In this document: piece after piece, positions 1-12,305 of the stretch | Layout: each line of letters begins with the position of its first letter | How positions within the stretch are numbered: the first letter of the stretch is position 1 | Source of the DNA: Geosiphon pyriformis uo1 | Lineage: Eukaryota > Fungi > Glomeromycota | Assembly: GCA_016748015.1 (NCBI GenBank) | Contig: JAAOMT010000071.1 | Coordinates: 262,863-326,862, forward strand | Direction of reading: 5' to 3' | Length of the DNA: 64,000 nt | Position numbers and translations under genes: made by a program | Notes under the pieces: model-generated | The model's input: only the letters and a program-made list of their open reading frames with translations | What the model was told of the DNA's origin: nothing | Database searches by the model: none

Positions 1-1369
1 AAAAGCTTTTTGTTGTTCTTTAGTTCATTTGTATGATATGTTTTTGTTGATAAGATAATTAAGTGGTTTGGCAATTTCTGAGAATCCTTTATAAATTTTT
101 GATAGTAAGAGACTAATCCTACAAATTCTTGTAGTTCTGTGGTATTTCTAGAAGTTTAAAAGTTTTTGACAGCACTGATTGTTCCTGGGTTTGGTTTGAC
201 TCCATCTTTATTAACTATGTGTCCAAGAAAGATCAAGCTTGTTTTTCCAAAGTGACATTTTTCAATGTTTAACTTTAATCCTGCTTTTCATAATCATTGA
301 AAAACTTCTCACAGGTGAATAAGATGGGCTTCAAAGCTTGGTGAATATACATCAGTGTCATCAAGATAGACAACTACTGATTGCCACAAGAATTCTTCAT
401 ATACAACATCTATGAGTTGCTGGAATGTTGCTGGTGTATTGCAGAGTCCAAAAGGCATAACATTGAACTCATAGTTTTCTCCCTGGGTGGTAAATGCTGT
501 TTTGGGTCAGTCTTTTGGGTCTATTTCGACTTGTCAGTATCTACTTTCCAAGTCCAAAGTTGAGAAGAACTTGGCTTTTCTTAAAGCATCTAACATGTCA
601 TCAATTCTTGGAAAAGGGTAGACATCTCCAATTGTCACACTGTTCAATTGGCGATAGTCAACACAAAATCTGATTTTTCCATTTTTCTTTTTGACAAGAA
701 CTACTGGTGAGGCCCAAGGACTTCTTGATGGTTGAATCAATCTGTTATTAAGCATTCTCTGGACTTTTTCTCTGATGAATTGATGACTGGCAGGTGGCAT
801 TCTGTAAGCTTGCTGACGTTTTATTAAAGCATCTCCTGTATGGATTTGATGTTGAATGATATCTGTTTTTCCCAGGTTATTGTTGTCTTTTGCAAATATA
901 TCTGCAAATTCAGCTATCAATTGTTTCAATTGTCTTTGTTGTTGAGGTTCTAAGGAACTCATGTTTTTCTTCCAAAAGATGGTAGTTTTTAGTGGTGAGA
1001 ATGATATTTGGATTTGGGAGTAGAGTGTGCCTTACAATTTCGATAAAATTAGAGACAATTTGAGGGTTTTCATCTTGAAAAATATTGCTGTGTATGATTC
1101 CAATCTTTAATTTGTTTAATAAGACAATAGAGTAATTATTGGGATTGTAGAATATAACTCAAAATTTTTTCATTTCTTTGGGAATATAAACATTTGAAAT
1201 TGAGATTTCATGTTTCAAACAGATTTGTTCATTGGATTCAAAGATTTGTTGTGTAATAGTGAGTTTTAAGCAAGTGTAAATTTCATAATATTCTCCAAAA
1301 GATGAAATGGTAATTGGTTGGGGAAGTTGAAGAATCTGGTAAGATTCATTTTGTATGTTTACTGACACT

Positions 1370-1765
1370 GTAAATTGTCCAGTTGAACCAAGATCTTGAG
1401 TTCCTCTTTCACTTTTTCCCAATTGTTCTCTGTTGTTAACTGATTGTAGACCCGAAATTTTGATTAAGGATAGGTAAATTGCTTGAGCAATTTTTTCAGC
1501 ATGTTCAATCTTAAATGGTTTTTCTGTTTCATTCTGCAACATGATGGTAATGTCTCCAGTGTATTCTGCATCTATAACTTCTCTTCTAATATTGATTCTT
1601 TTGCTTGCCAATGATAATCTGGAGGCAATTTGAACCATTGCTCCAGATGGAATTTCAAGAGCGATTTTGAGATTGATTTTTGTCAAAGACTTTGGTTGGA
1701 GAACCAAAGTATCTTTTCCTGGGTATCTTAGGTCATATCCGACATCAATTTCATGTGCTTTTTCT
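1370..1765 (-). pseudogene. dUTPase domain of A1
   Basis: Motifs DVGYDL, ASRLSLA, VIDAEYTG, KIAQAI, SERGTQDLGSTG. Confidence 0.9.
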
Positions 1766-4700
1766 GGTCTGATTCCTTGGCCATGGTTGTCAAAATATTT
1801 AAGTTGTAGAGGTGGTTGCTTTTTAAGGAGATAGATGGGGATGGTTGGTAGTTCTTCTACTAGTTCAAATACTTCAAATTCGATTTCATTTTCATCATTC
1901 TCATTTGGCAGAGGAATGCTAAGAGCATAGCATTCTAAACACCATTGGTCATCACAAGGCATGATGCATTCTTCACACAATTGAATGTTTATTTGCTCTA
2001 ATTGTCGAATTTAAGCTTCTTTGGTCGGATATGTGTGGCTTGCAATTTGGTGATATGTTTCTGTTTCATCTTCATAATCAAATCCAGCTAATTCCATAGT
2101 ATACTCAATGTATTTAGCTTCTTTTATTTGACAGACATCTTCTTGAGTGGCTCCATTGATCAATGCCATTGCTAGGTCAAAAATTATTTCAGCATCATAA
2201 GAGTAGTAGTAAAGTTTATTGAAAGCACTGTTGTATGCTACATCAAATGGTGTTCCTTTTCTAACTTTTTCCAAAATTGATAGAGCATATTGACAGGTTT
2301 GATCACATACTCCTCCTTTCATTGCAACATCAATTCAGTTGTATTCTTCTAGTAACATATTTCCACATGTAAGGCAAGGTGTGTTGTCCCATTTTCCACT
2401 TCTTTTTGGAGATTCAAATCGTTTTCTATGGCATGCTTTGCAAAAGTAACAGGTATGAGTTTCATATTCCTCTTCTGAAGAAATACATGTTCTCATTGAT
2501 GAAAGTTTCTTGTTGTAATCTTTGCATTTGAGTGGAATATAGGGTGGTTGTTTCCATGGTTCTGGTGTAGAATATCTAACTTTCTTTTATTATCTTGATT
2601 CTTCAAAAATCTCCTGTTCTGTTTCTTCAGCCCAATTAGATATTGATCCAAAAGCCATGTAGGTTTCAGTAAGTGGCATTTTTTTCTTCTCTTCAAATTC
2701 AAATACTGGGGCTTTTTCTGATTGTTTGTTAAAAGTACTACAAGTAGCAGGTACTATGGTGTATTGTCTTTGGTATGAGATTTTTAATTCCTGAGTTTCC
2801 CAGTCCAAGTTTGCATTGGCCTTAAGAAGCCAATTATTTCCGATCAGAGCTTGGTATTGGGGTGCATCCATGACTAGAACTTTGACTGGAATGGTGATTT
2901 CATCAATGGTAAATGGAAAATTGTCAATTTCTCCTACTGGTGTCTTTTTTATACCATCTGCTATAACAATTACAGTTTGGGCTGGTCTGTTAACAGTTCT
3001 TGGAAGCTGTTGTATTAACTGGTAGGTAATAATACTTTCAGCTGATTCACTGTCTAGAATTAGTCGAATGGGTTTTTCTTCTACTGTAGCTTCAGTATAT
3101 ATGGCAATGATAGCTTTTTGTTCATTAGCTGCTGTATTACTAAGCAAGAATGGTGATTCATTTGCTTCAAATTCGAATGGGAATATATTTGAAAGGTTGG
3201 CATTTTGGACAATTTGAGCTGGTGAAATAGTGTTGTTGAAAGGGTTTGATCTGGGTGCTGCAACTTCATCTTCAGAAAGTGCAGGTTGTTGAAAATCCGA
3301 TTCTTTTGGTATTGTAAGATAACTGGGTTGAGTGTGATAGTGATTGGGTCTTTGTTGACCAGAATTTCAGAGAACCAACTGGTTATTTGGATTAATTCTG
3401 TTGTTGTTATTCTGAAATTGATTTTGTAATGTGAATTGGTTATGTTGAACCAATCTTCTTGCTGGTACTTGATATTGTTGAGTGAGTGGTATCTGATATT
3501 GCTAAATTGGTAAAGGTTGCTGATATTGTTGTTGAATTGGTTGTGGAGCTGGTTGATAATAGCTGTTTTGAATTTGTGGTCTCGGTAAATAATAAGTTGA
3601 TGGTAGGGGTTGGTAATAAGATTGTTGTGGTAAAGAGTAATGTTGATTACTCCTGTTTTGTTGGTCTCTTTGTAGTTTCCTGCAATCTTGTTTCCAGTGT
3701 CCTGAAATTCCACAATAGTGACAATTTTGAGGTTGGTTGTTGGATGGTGGTCCAAAGTTGTTTTGATTGCATTGCTGTGATAGTTAATATTTTTGTGGTT
3801 GTTGCTGCTGTTGTTGCTGGTTTGTAAAATAGCTTTCAATCTTCTTTGTGAGTTGGTTTATCTTTTCTTCAGCTGCTGAGCTGGTTTTTCCAATAGCCAA
3901 GTTAACAAGTTTGGTGTGATTTGCTTCTTCCATAGCCATTTCATAATTCTTTGCATGTTTAATGGCAGTTGCCAAGTCTGCTAGAGCATGTGGATGGACT
4001 TTTTTAATCAGTTTGTCTTTTAACTCTGCTATAAACTGATCCAGAATTTGAGCAGCAGAATAGTAGTTATTGGTTTCCAATTGTTGAATTTGTCTGAGAA
4101 GTTTGTTAAATCTTCCAAGATAGGTCATAACAGTTTCAAATATTTCTTGTTTGATATTGCGAAAGCGGTTCCTGAGAGTGATAGAGGTGTTGTTGTTGGT
4201 AAATTGTTGTAGAAAAGCATCTTTGAATGCTTGCCAGTTTTCAAATGGTTCTTCTAAATTTTTAAACCATTCTCTTGCTGTTCCTTGGAGAAAGTAGAAA
4301 ATTGCTTTAAGCATTCTTGCTGCAATCCAACCATTTACATCTCCTGCTTTTTAAACTTTGTCGAGCCATTCTTGAGAACTGGTATCATTATCTTTACCTG
4401 TAAATTCTGGAATCTTTGCAATGTAAGCAGTTGCCATTTCCTCTTTGTTTTCTGTGGCTTTTTTTTGTTCTGATTCAGTTTCTTCATTTTCCAAATTTTC
4501 TGAATGATCACTTTCGTTTTCTTGCAAGTATTTAATAATATTGGTGCTTGTTGATATAGGTTCCTGCTGTTGAGTAAGATTTTTAGGTGACTGAAAATCT
4601 TCTGGTCTGGAGAAATGGTTAAGTGGTGAATTTGGTGTTTGTGGTCAAGCAAGTGAAATTGGAAATGGTGTGATAGAAAGTGGTAATTTGACACTGGTTC

Positions 4701-5187
4701 TTTGTTCAGGTGTTTGCAAGTGTTTGGCAGTTGTCTTTGGTAGTATTGGAGTGTTTGGTGTGGTTTTTGAGTGTTGTTTCACTTTTTGTTTGCCTTTGTT
4801 GCCTGTTTCTGTTTCTGTTTCTGATTTAAAGTCAAAAGAGTATTTAGACTGTACTGGGTATTTTTCTTTATAATACTTGATAATGTTGTAATTGAGTTCT
4901 TGAAAGTAGGTGGCAAGTGTTTTACTGTTAAGGTCTTCAGTTCCCAATCATGAATAGTGTACTAAATTGTTGTAGAAATTGCTTCTCACTTCTGAAATAT
5001 TGTAATTTCTAAGAAGATAATTGTTGATATGGTTTTCAATGTATTGGTAGAGTGTTCTTTCAACAATTTCAATTCCATCTGGGATGTTGAATCTCTGCTT
5101 GCAATGGGTGTAAATTGACTGATAATACTTTAGAGTTGTTGTGTCTGGTGTGGTTGCCACTTTGAAGTTTGTTGTTGCTGTGTTATT

Positions 5188-5204
5188 TCTGTGGGAGAGC
5201 ACCA
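5188..5204 (-). promoter_or_regulatory. Primer-binding site of A1 (TGGTGCTCTCCCAC)
   Basis: TGG (complement of tRNA CCA) lies 2 nt after the LTR end TAACA; the same arrangement occurs in A2, B3 and C. Confidence 0.85.
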
Positions 5205-5206
5205 AA

Positions 5207-6215
5207 TGTTACCAGAGGTTTTTGGTCTCTTTTCTTGAATGTTGTAACTGTCTGTTGGTTGCAAATTCACGTTTTTTAGAAGTAGTTGAACCTCCAATAA
5301 CTGAATTTATCTTCAAATTATCTCCTATAATTTGAACTGCTGGGCTTATAAGTGGAATGGCCAATTCCTTGTCAGTTATTTTATGTAGTTATATTGTAGT
5401 AAACGTCAACTCTTTCCCAGGAATTGCTCATCTGGAAGCTCACTAAAAATGTGTAGTTACTTTGCTGTGAAAGTCAACTCTTCTACAGGGATTTTATTTG
5501 TAGACTACCCTAATGATTATAATAAAAAAATAAAAGAAATATAAAAGAAATGTAAAAGAAATTAAATTCTGTTAAGGAAAACATTTTCTATCCAGGCCTG
5601 GAGTCACTAACAGTTTACTGAAATTGGTAGTTAATCAATTTCAAAATGTTAGTTGAGTTTTGGGGATTTTTCAAGTGCAATAATTAAAGAATTTGGTTTT
5701 TCAAATTATTTGATATTTATTTTTTTTTGTGTGTGTAAGAATGGTTCTAAGTGATAAATCTAAAGTAAGATACATTTTTCAGAAGAAAAAAGCTCTTCTT
5801 TTATACAACTTGTTGTAATACTAGTCTATGAACTTGCACTTTTTTTCTTTGCTCAAATTTCGGCAAATTAAAGATATATTTTGATGAACTACCAGTTATT
5901 TTGCTGAACTATTGATTAATTTGGATGAACTATTCATAATTTCGGCGAATTTCTATAAATTTCGGCGAATTTCATATAAATTTCGGCGAATTTGTAAATT
6001 TCGGCAAATTTTAGAATGTTACAAAGTTCAAGATATTGTGTAATTTGATCATCTTACTTTCTGTTGTACTAATTGGATTTTTAATTGAATCGTGATATGT
6101 GATAAATTGATTAAATAATAAGTGATAATTTGGATTGATATTAACATGTTAATTACTGATAGGAATTATAAGAATAATTTTATGCTAATTAATAGCTAAA
6201 ATTCTACTGGTAACA
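5207..6215 (-). repeat. 5' LTR of A1 (~1009 bp)
   Basis: Inverted termini TGTTACCAG...CTGGTAACA; homologous to 19077-20055 and 27954-28932. Confidence 0.93.
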
Positions 6216-7099
6216 ACAGCAAAAAATTGTCATCAATAGACACATACTATGGCAATGACAAAGAATACTTTATGATAACAAAGTTTTATTGCTGTCTATG
6301 TGTTATAAAACAGTTTGGACACCTGAAAAAACAAGGAAAATGGGATAACAAACCTTGTCTTGCCAGTAGAACTATTTTGCCTGATAAAGAAATATGAAAT
6401 GACATTTTAGGGCAAGGAGGAACATGTGATGAGACATACCAGTATATCATCTTGATAAATGACTGGGTACACAAAGAAACTCCAATCAACAATGCCTGGA
6501 AAAAAGCATTGTGATGGTTGGAAGGATATTTTCACGACAAACATGAAATCTGGAAAATGGCGAGTGCAAAAGCAGATGCCACTACCAGTGAATTATTAGA
6601 AATTAAAAATAACCCACTCTCACTACCTGAACCTGAATATGTCCTCATCTTCAATGTCTTTGGGAACATTGAAGACAATCTGGAAGAATTCCACAAACAT
6701 TACCAATAATTAGCACTCACTAGGGAAGAACAAAAGCAGTGTTTGAAGCAGTTGAATATTCAATTATGTCAACATTGCTTAATTCCCTGTAACTTTTAAT
6801 ATTGTAATAAGTGTGATCTCATTTACAATCCACCACCACACATGATCTACACAATTCCAGAGAATGACAAACCAATCAACAGCTGTGCATTGGAATCGGA
6901 ATTCACTTTCAATCCCGATTCAAACTTTGACAATAATGATGACAAAAATAATGGTTCCAGCTCTGCTCAATATAGCAATAAAAATAACAACAATTCAAAC
7001 TCTAATTCAAACCCCGAAACATATATCACACTTCCTGATCTTACCAAAGAGCAAGAACTGAAATGGTTCAACGATAACAATGAAAGTATTATACCAAAA

Positions 7100-7485
7100 T
7101 ATGCACATAATACTGATGCAGAATTTAATCTGAGATATCCAAGAAAAGATCCCATCAAATTGGAACCACATTTGCACACCTGCATTGATTTAAAAATAGT
7201 GCTAGAAATTTCAGTTACAATAATGGTTCAATTAGCATCTAGAAGTAGCTTAGCCAAAAAGGGAATCAATATTAGAAAAGGAATAATTGACACAGGATAC
7301 ATAAAAAATATCATTGTTATGCTACAAAATGATTCAGAAAAAGCATATATTATAAATTCAAATGAAAAAATAGCACAAGCAATATTCTTACCTTTAGTAA
7401 AAATAGCTCAGTTAGTATTAGTGGGAAACAGGGAAGAATTAAGGATTACAGCAAGAGGGATACAAGAATTTGGATCAACAGGTAG
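7100..7485 (+). pseudogene. dUTPase domain of B1
   Basis: DAEFNLR, ASRSSLA, GIIDTGY, KIAQAI, ARGIQEFGSTG. Confidence 0.9.
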
Positions 7486-9347
7486 AATAGATGTACCAGT
7501 TAATATGGCAGAAAAAAAAATTATTAACAAGGGAGAAATTATTTTCACCCATCAACCAATTTTTATTCCACTATATGACCAGTACATAGTAGTTATAGAA
7601 AGAAAAGTAAAAGATCAAGTGCAGATTTTTGAGACAGAGGCAACACTTTGTGAATCAGGAGAAATTGAATTAGTCAATCTACACATACCAGCCAAGAACC
7701 ACAGTCATATCAAAATTCCCATTTACAACAATACGGAAAATGTCATCAAGATACCAGAAAAAATTATCATTGAACAGTTAACCACTGAAATCAAAGATCA
7801 AGTTCCAGACACCATTCCAGACTTTCCACAACTGTGTGGATATGTGGATATCACATCTCAAACCATATATGGATAAGAAAAATGTTATTTGCTCCAATCA
7901 GAATAATTGGAACAAATAAACATAGAAAACTTAAATCCATTACAACATATGCAGCTCAAAATGTTACTCAACAATTTCAATGACATTTTTGCCAGTGAAA
8001 ACAAATTTGGCAGAACTAACATCATTTAACATCAAATTAAGACTGGTGATGCAATGCCAATTAAACAGAGAGCATACAGAATATCACCAGCTAGCTATGC
8101 AATCATTTGTCAAGAAATCAATTGAATGCTTGACAATAGATTAATTCAACCATCAATGAGTTTATGGTCGTCACCAGTGATACTAGTTCATAAAAAAAAT
8201 TGAAAAATCTGCTTTTGTGTGGATTACTGGAAACTGAATGAAGTAACAAAAGAAGACAGCTACCCAACTCCAAAGATACAAGAACTTTTTGATGCTTTTG
8301 AAGAAAATAAATGGTTTTCAACATTAAACTTAGACAGTAGTTACTGGCAAGTAGCCATGAAACCAGAAGACAAAGAAAAAATGGCTTTTACAACTTGAGA
8401 AGAAAATTTTGAATTTGAAGTGATGTCATTTGGTTTAATGAATGCTCCAGCAACATTTCACTGGCTTATAAAAATTGTCTATACTGGATTACTGTGGAAA
8501 TCAGTAGTCATATACTTAGATGACACCAATATGTTCTCAAAAACATTTGATGATTATCTGTATTATCTCCAACAAGTGTTAAAAAGACTAAAAAAAGCCA
8601 GATTAAAGCTAAATACAACCAAATGTTTCTTTAGAAAAACTGAACTCAAGTTTTTGGAACATGTGGTGAGCAAAAACAGAATTAAAACAGATTCAGACAA
8701 GATTGAGATTGTCAAGAACTTTCCAGTACCAAATAATCTCACAGAATTGAGAACATTCTTGAGATTTGCTGGATACTACTGTTGCTTTATCAAAGACTTT
8801 CCCAAAATAGCTCAACTGTTACACCAACTCCAAACAAAGAATACCAAATATAAATAGACAGAAACTCAGCAAGAAGCTTTTGATACATTAAGAAGAAAGC
8901 TTATTCAAGCTCCAGTATTGATCTATTCAGATTATAGCAAGCTATTCATAATTACAACTAATGTATCTGATCAAGTATTAAGAGCAGTATTATCTCAGAA
9001 AGGACAAGATAAACGAGAACATCCAGTAACATATGCCAGTAAAAGCTTAAGTCCAGCCAAAAAGAACTATGGAACTCCAACACTGGAACACTTAGCCATC
9101 TATTGGGCTGTCATTAAGTAAAAAAAATACTTGAGTCAAAAGTTTGATATGTACACTGATCACAAGAGATTGACGTCAATTCAGAAACAAGAATTTGGAA
9201 ATGATTGTCATGCCAAATAGAAAATAAAACTTTTACCATTCAATTATACAGTACATTATAAAAAGAGAAAAAACAATGAAAATACCAACAGTTTGTCATA
9301 AATGAGACAAATCTAAAACATTTCAACAAAAAAAAATATAACAAAAG

Positions 9348-10724
9348 ATGAATATACAAAAATACCAACAACTCCAACATTATATAAATACCCAATTGTT
9401 CAAGGAGAAATTATCTCAAAAGGAACAAAACAACATAATACAAAAATCAAAATATTTTATCAATCATCAAAATATACTTTACTGGAAAAACAAAAAAAAT
9501 CCAGATCAACCAATCAGAGTAGTCACAGAACCAGAAAAAGAGACAATATTATTCAACATGCACTCAGATCCAACAGCAGAACATTTTCATAAAGAAGCAA
9601 CCATAGAAAGAACCAAAAAAAGATATTATTGGCCATTAATGTATTCAGATATCATCCAATACATTCAAAATAGTGATGCTTGTCAGAAAAGAGGAGGAAC
9701 AAGACCCAGTAAACCATTAAGACCAATCAAAATAGGACAATTATTTGATCATATTGGGATTAATTTAGTTGGACCATTAACAATCACCAGTAAAGACAAC
9801 AGATATATTGCAGTAGCTATGAACTATCTCACCAAATGGCCAGAAACAAAAGCCATTCAAAGAGCAGATGCAAAATCTGTTGCCAAATTCATTCATCAAA
9901 ATTTGATATGTTGACATAAATGTTCAAAAAAACTATTATCAGATCAAGGAACTCACTTTGTAAATAGAACATTGACAGAATTAAGTCAAAAATTTGGGAT
10001 AAAAAGACCATTATTATCATCATACCATCCACAAACAAATAGGTTAGTTGAAAGATTTAACAGAACATTGTGTGAAGCAATCGCCAAGATCAGTCAAGAA
10101 AACCAGGATAAATGAGATTTGTTTATACCATCAGTATTATTTGCTTATCGGACAATGAAGCAAGACACTATACAAGCAACACTATTTGGATTAATATACA
10201 GTAAAACAGCAACATTACCAGTGGAGATAGAAGTCAACACTTATCCAACAGAACCAATAACTAAAGACAATTTGCAGGAAATGTTGCTAAGAAGAACATA
10301 TAACTTGATGAAAACACTAAAAAACAAACAGTGAAGAGTAGCTAATAATATTCAAAAATCACAGGAAAAACAAAAAGAAAAACATGATAACTAACTATCA
10401 GATAAACCAGTTGAATTCAAGATTAGAGACAAAGTACTTCTATATTGTACTAAGGCAGAAAAACAATGGAGTGGAAAATTTGACCCCAAATAGAATGGAC
10501 CATTTCACATAGAAAAAATTCTTAGAAATAGAGCTTATAAATTAAGATGGAACAACAAAATCTTAGTCAAAGTAATACATAGTGATCAATTGAAATCATA
10601 TTATCATATAGTGTCACCATCTACCAGTAATATTTCACAATTATCAGTACAGTGAATACTAGTCCAACTAGATGAGATTTCACAAGATCTGGAACCAATC
10701 ATAATTATTGGACTAAACACGTAA
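9348..10724 (+). pseudogene. B1 integrase (separate ORF2)
   Basis: Own ATG at 9348; HHCC-like zinc motif, rve core (INLVGPL, YLTKWPE, SDQGTHF, YHPQTNRLVERFN) and a GPF motif; internal stops. Confidence 0.88.
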
Positions 10725-10754
10725 AATTGAACAATAAAAAAAATATATAAAGAC

Positions 10755-11423
10755 ATAGTAGACATGACAAAAGACTTTAGAAAAATAGAAATCACTGACA
10801 ATATCCACTTACTAGCACAATAACTTTTCCAACTAATTTAACAACAGAATATAGAAATTACTATCAATCAATAAACCATTTGATACTGAGATACCAGAAA
10901 AATACCCAAATACAAAAGTCAAAGAAAAACAGAAAACACTATTAATAAAATAGTTTTGAAGATAAAATTAGCAATGGAAGAACCAACAAGTGTCACCACA
11001 TATCAAGAGTTGACTAAAGAAACTTGGAAATGATAAATACATGAATTTCCAAAAAACTTTTGCTATTTCCACTTGGAACAACACTTGAATATTCAAAACC
11101 TATACATGGATAAAACAAAATGATTATTTGACACAACAATATTATAACAACTAGAACAGTTTGTGAGAAAAAACAATTTGACTACACAAGCAAGAGCTAT
11201 CTATTAGCTACATACTGGATTTCAAGACAGACCAGAAATCTTACTTTATTCAGAAATAGACTTTATTATAGTTAACCAAATGAGAAAAATAACTAACACC
11301 CAATTTGAAGAATTACATAACAAAATAACTCAAGTAATTCTCGAAAAAGAAGTTCAAAAAATACTCAAAAACAGCAAATTAGAATTAGAAAATTTAGGAA
11401 ATCTTGATGGAGCTTAATATTAA
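10755..11423 (+). pseudogene. B1 ORF3, unknown ~220-aa protein
   Basis: One frame with scattered stops ending at TAA next to the PPT; homologous to the B2, B3 and A2 ORF3. Confidence 0.75.
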
Positions 11424-11437
11424 AAAGGAGAGAATAA

Positions 11438-12305
11438 TGTTACTCATAGAACATAGAGAATATATTAGCATATAAATTAGCCAATCAGAAGTAACCATAG
11501 TAAATGCAAAATTCTAAGATTCCTCTTAAGAAGAATTGCAGAATTCCAGAAATTTCAGGATTCTTGTACAAGGAATTCCAGGATTCCAGAATTGCAGAAT
11601 TCCTCTTAAGAGAAATTGCAAAATTCCAGGAATTCCAGAATTCCTAATGTGAAGAATTGAGAAATTGAGGAATCTCAATTATGTATATATAGCAGTAGTA
11701 CTAGAGATAGAAAAGACAGAATCTTTTAGTTAGAGACCTCTCAGTTTAGATCTGATCTAAGCAACCTTCCATTTACAAATATTAATAAATAAATATTCAT
11801 AATCTCAATCCACTCTCCACTATTAACACTTCATGTTGATAATAATTGATATTTAACCACACTAGAACAATAACTCTTGATCACGGCTATTGATGGGATA
11901 CTAACTTGTAATTGCTTTTATTTATTTCTTTATTTTCTTTTATTTTCTTTTACTTTTTTTTGTTATTTCTTTGGTTTTACTAAATTGATTAAGGATTAAG
12001 TGCTAAGATACAGACGTTATAGGGACTGGTAAAAGACCCATGAAACAAGGGTAGAATACTTATAGATTTGAGAATAGCTTACCAGAAAGATTACTGGCCA
12101 CTATGCTGAGAAAGAAATTCAACAGAATTGTGATTCTGGAAGGCTACTGAAAACAACTATTAAATCTCTGTTTATTATACAAAAAACTCCACAAACAAAA
12201 TCTTCAGATCAACAAAACCTTCAGATATCAACACCAAAATACCAACCAAGCACCAAGTTATAGATTTGTTATTTGCTTTAAGACCCCAAATAATCATTTG
12301 TAACA
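11438..12305 (+). repeat. 3' LTR of B1 (~868 bp)
   Basis: TGTTAC...GTAACA termini, preceded by the PPT; similar to 39368-40205. Confidence 0.92.

Larger units (their letters stand above)
1..5205 (-). pseudogene. A1 gag-pol polyprotein remnant
   Basis: ORF fragments starting at 5205, 4947, 4314, 3147, 2322 and 1980 share one frame, so gag, protease and dUTPase were one continuous ORF; RT fragment at 534-962. Confidence 0.88.
1..6215 (-). mobile_element. Ty3/Gypsy LTR retrotransposon, family A copy A1 (5' LTR, gag, protease, Cys-rich domain, dUTPase, RT; 3' part lies outside the window), inserted into B1
   Basis: LTR 5207-6215 followed by a PBS. Gag, CHYCGISGHWKQDC knuckle, LILDS(E/G)S protease, dUTPase motifs and RT (SPWASPVVLVKKKNGKIRFCVDYR...YLDD) are present with many stops. 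The right flank continues as B-family pol sequence. Confidence 0.95.
6216..12305 (+). mobile_element. Ty3/Gypsy family B copy B1, 3' portion (Cys-rich, dUTPase, RT, RNase H, integrase, ORF3, 3' LTR), inserted into the gag of B2
   Basis: dUTPase in ORF 6842-7876; RT (YLDD) 8420-8857; RNase H 8918-9300; integrase from 9348; PPT AAAAAGGAGAGAATAA; LTR 11438-12305; the right flank resumes in B-type gag. Confidence 0.93.

Noticed and set aside
1370-1765. dUTPase as a direct counter-defence against the C>T hypermutation
   Set aside because: dUTPase removes dUTP from the nucleotide pool and cannot repair cytosine deaminated in DNA; the co-occurrence is not evidence of a link
11505-11680. Short-repeat arrays in LTRs as a CRISPR array
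   Set aside because: No unique spacers, no cas genes and a eukaryotic context; these are LTR tandem repeats
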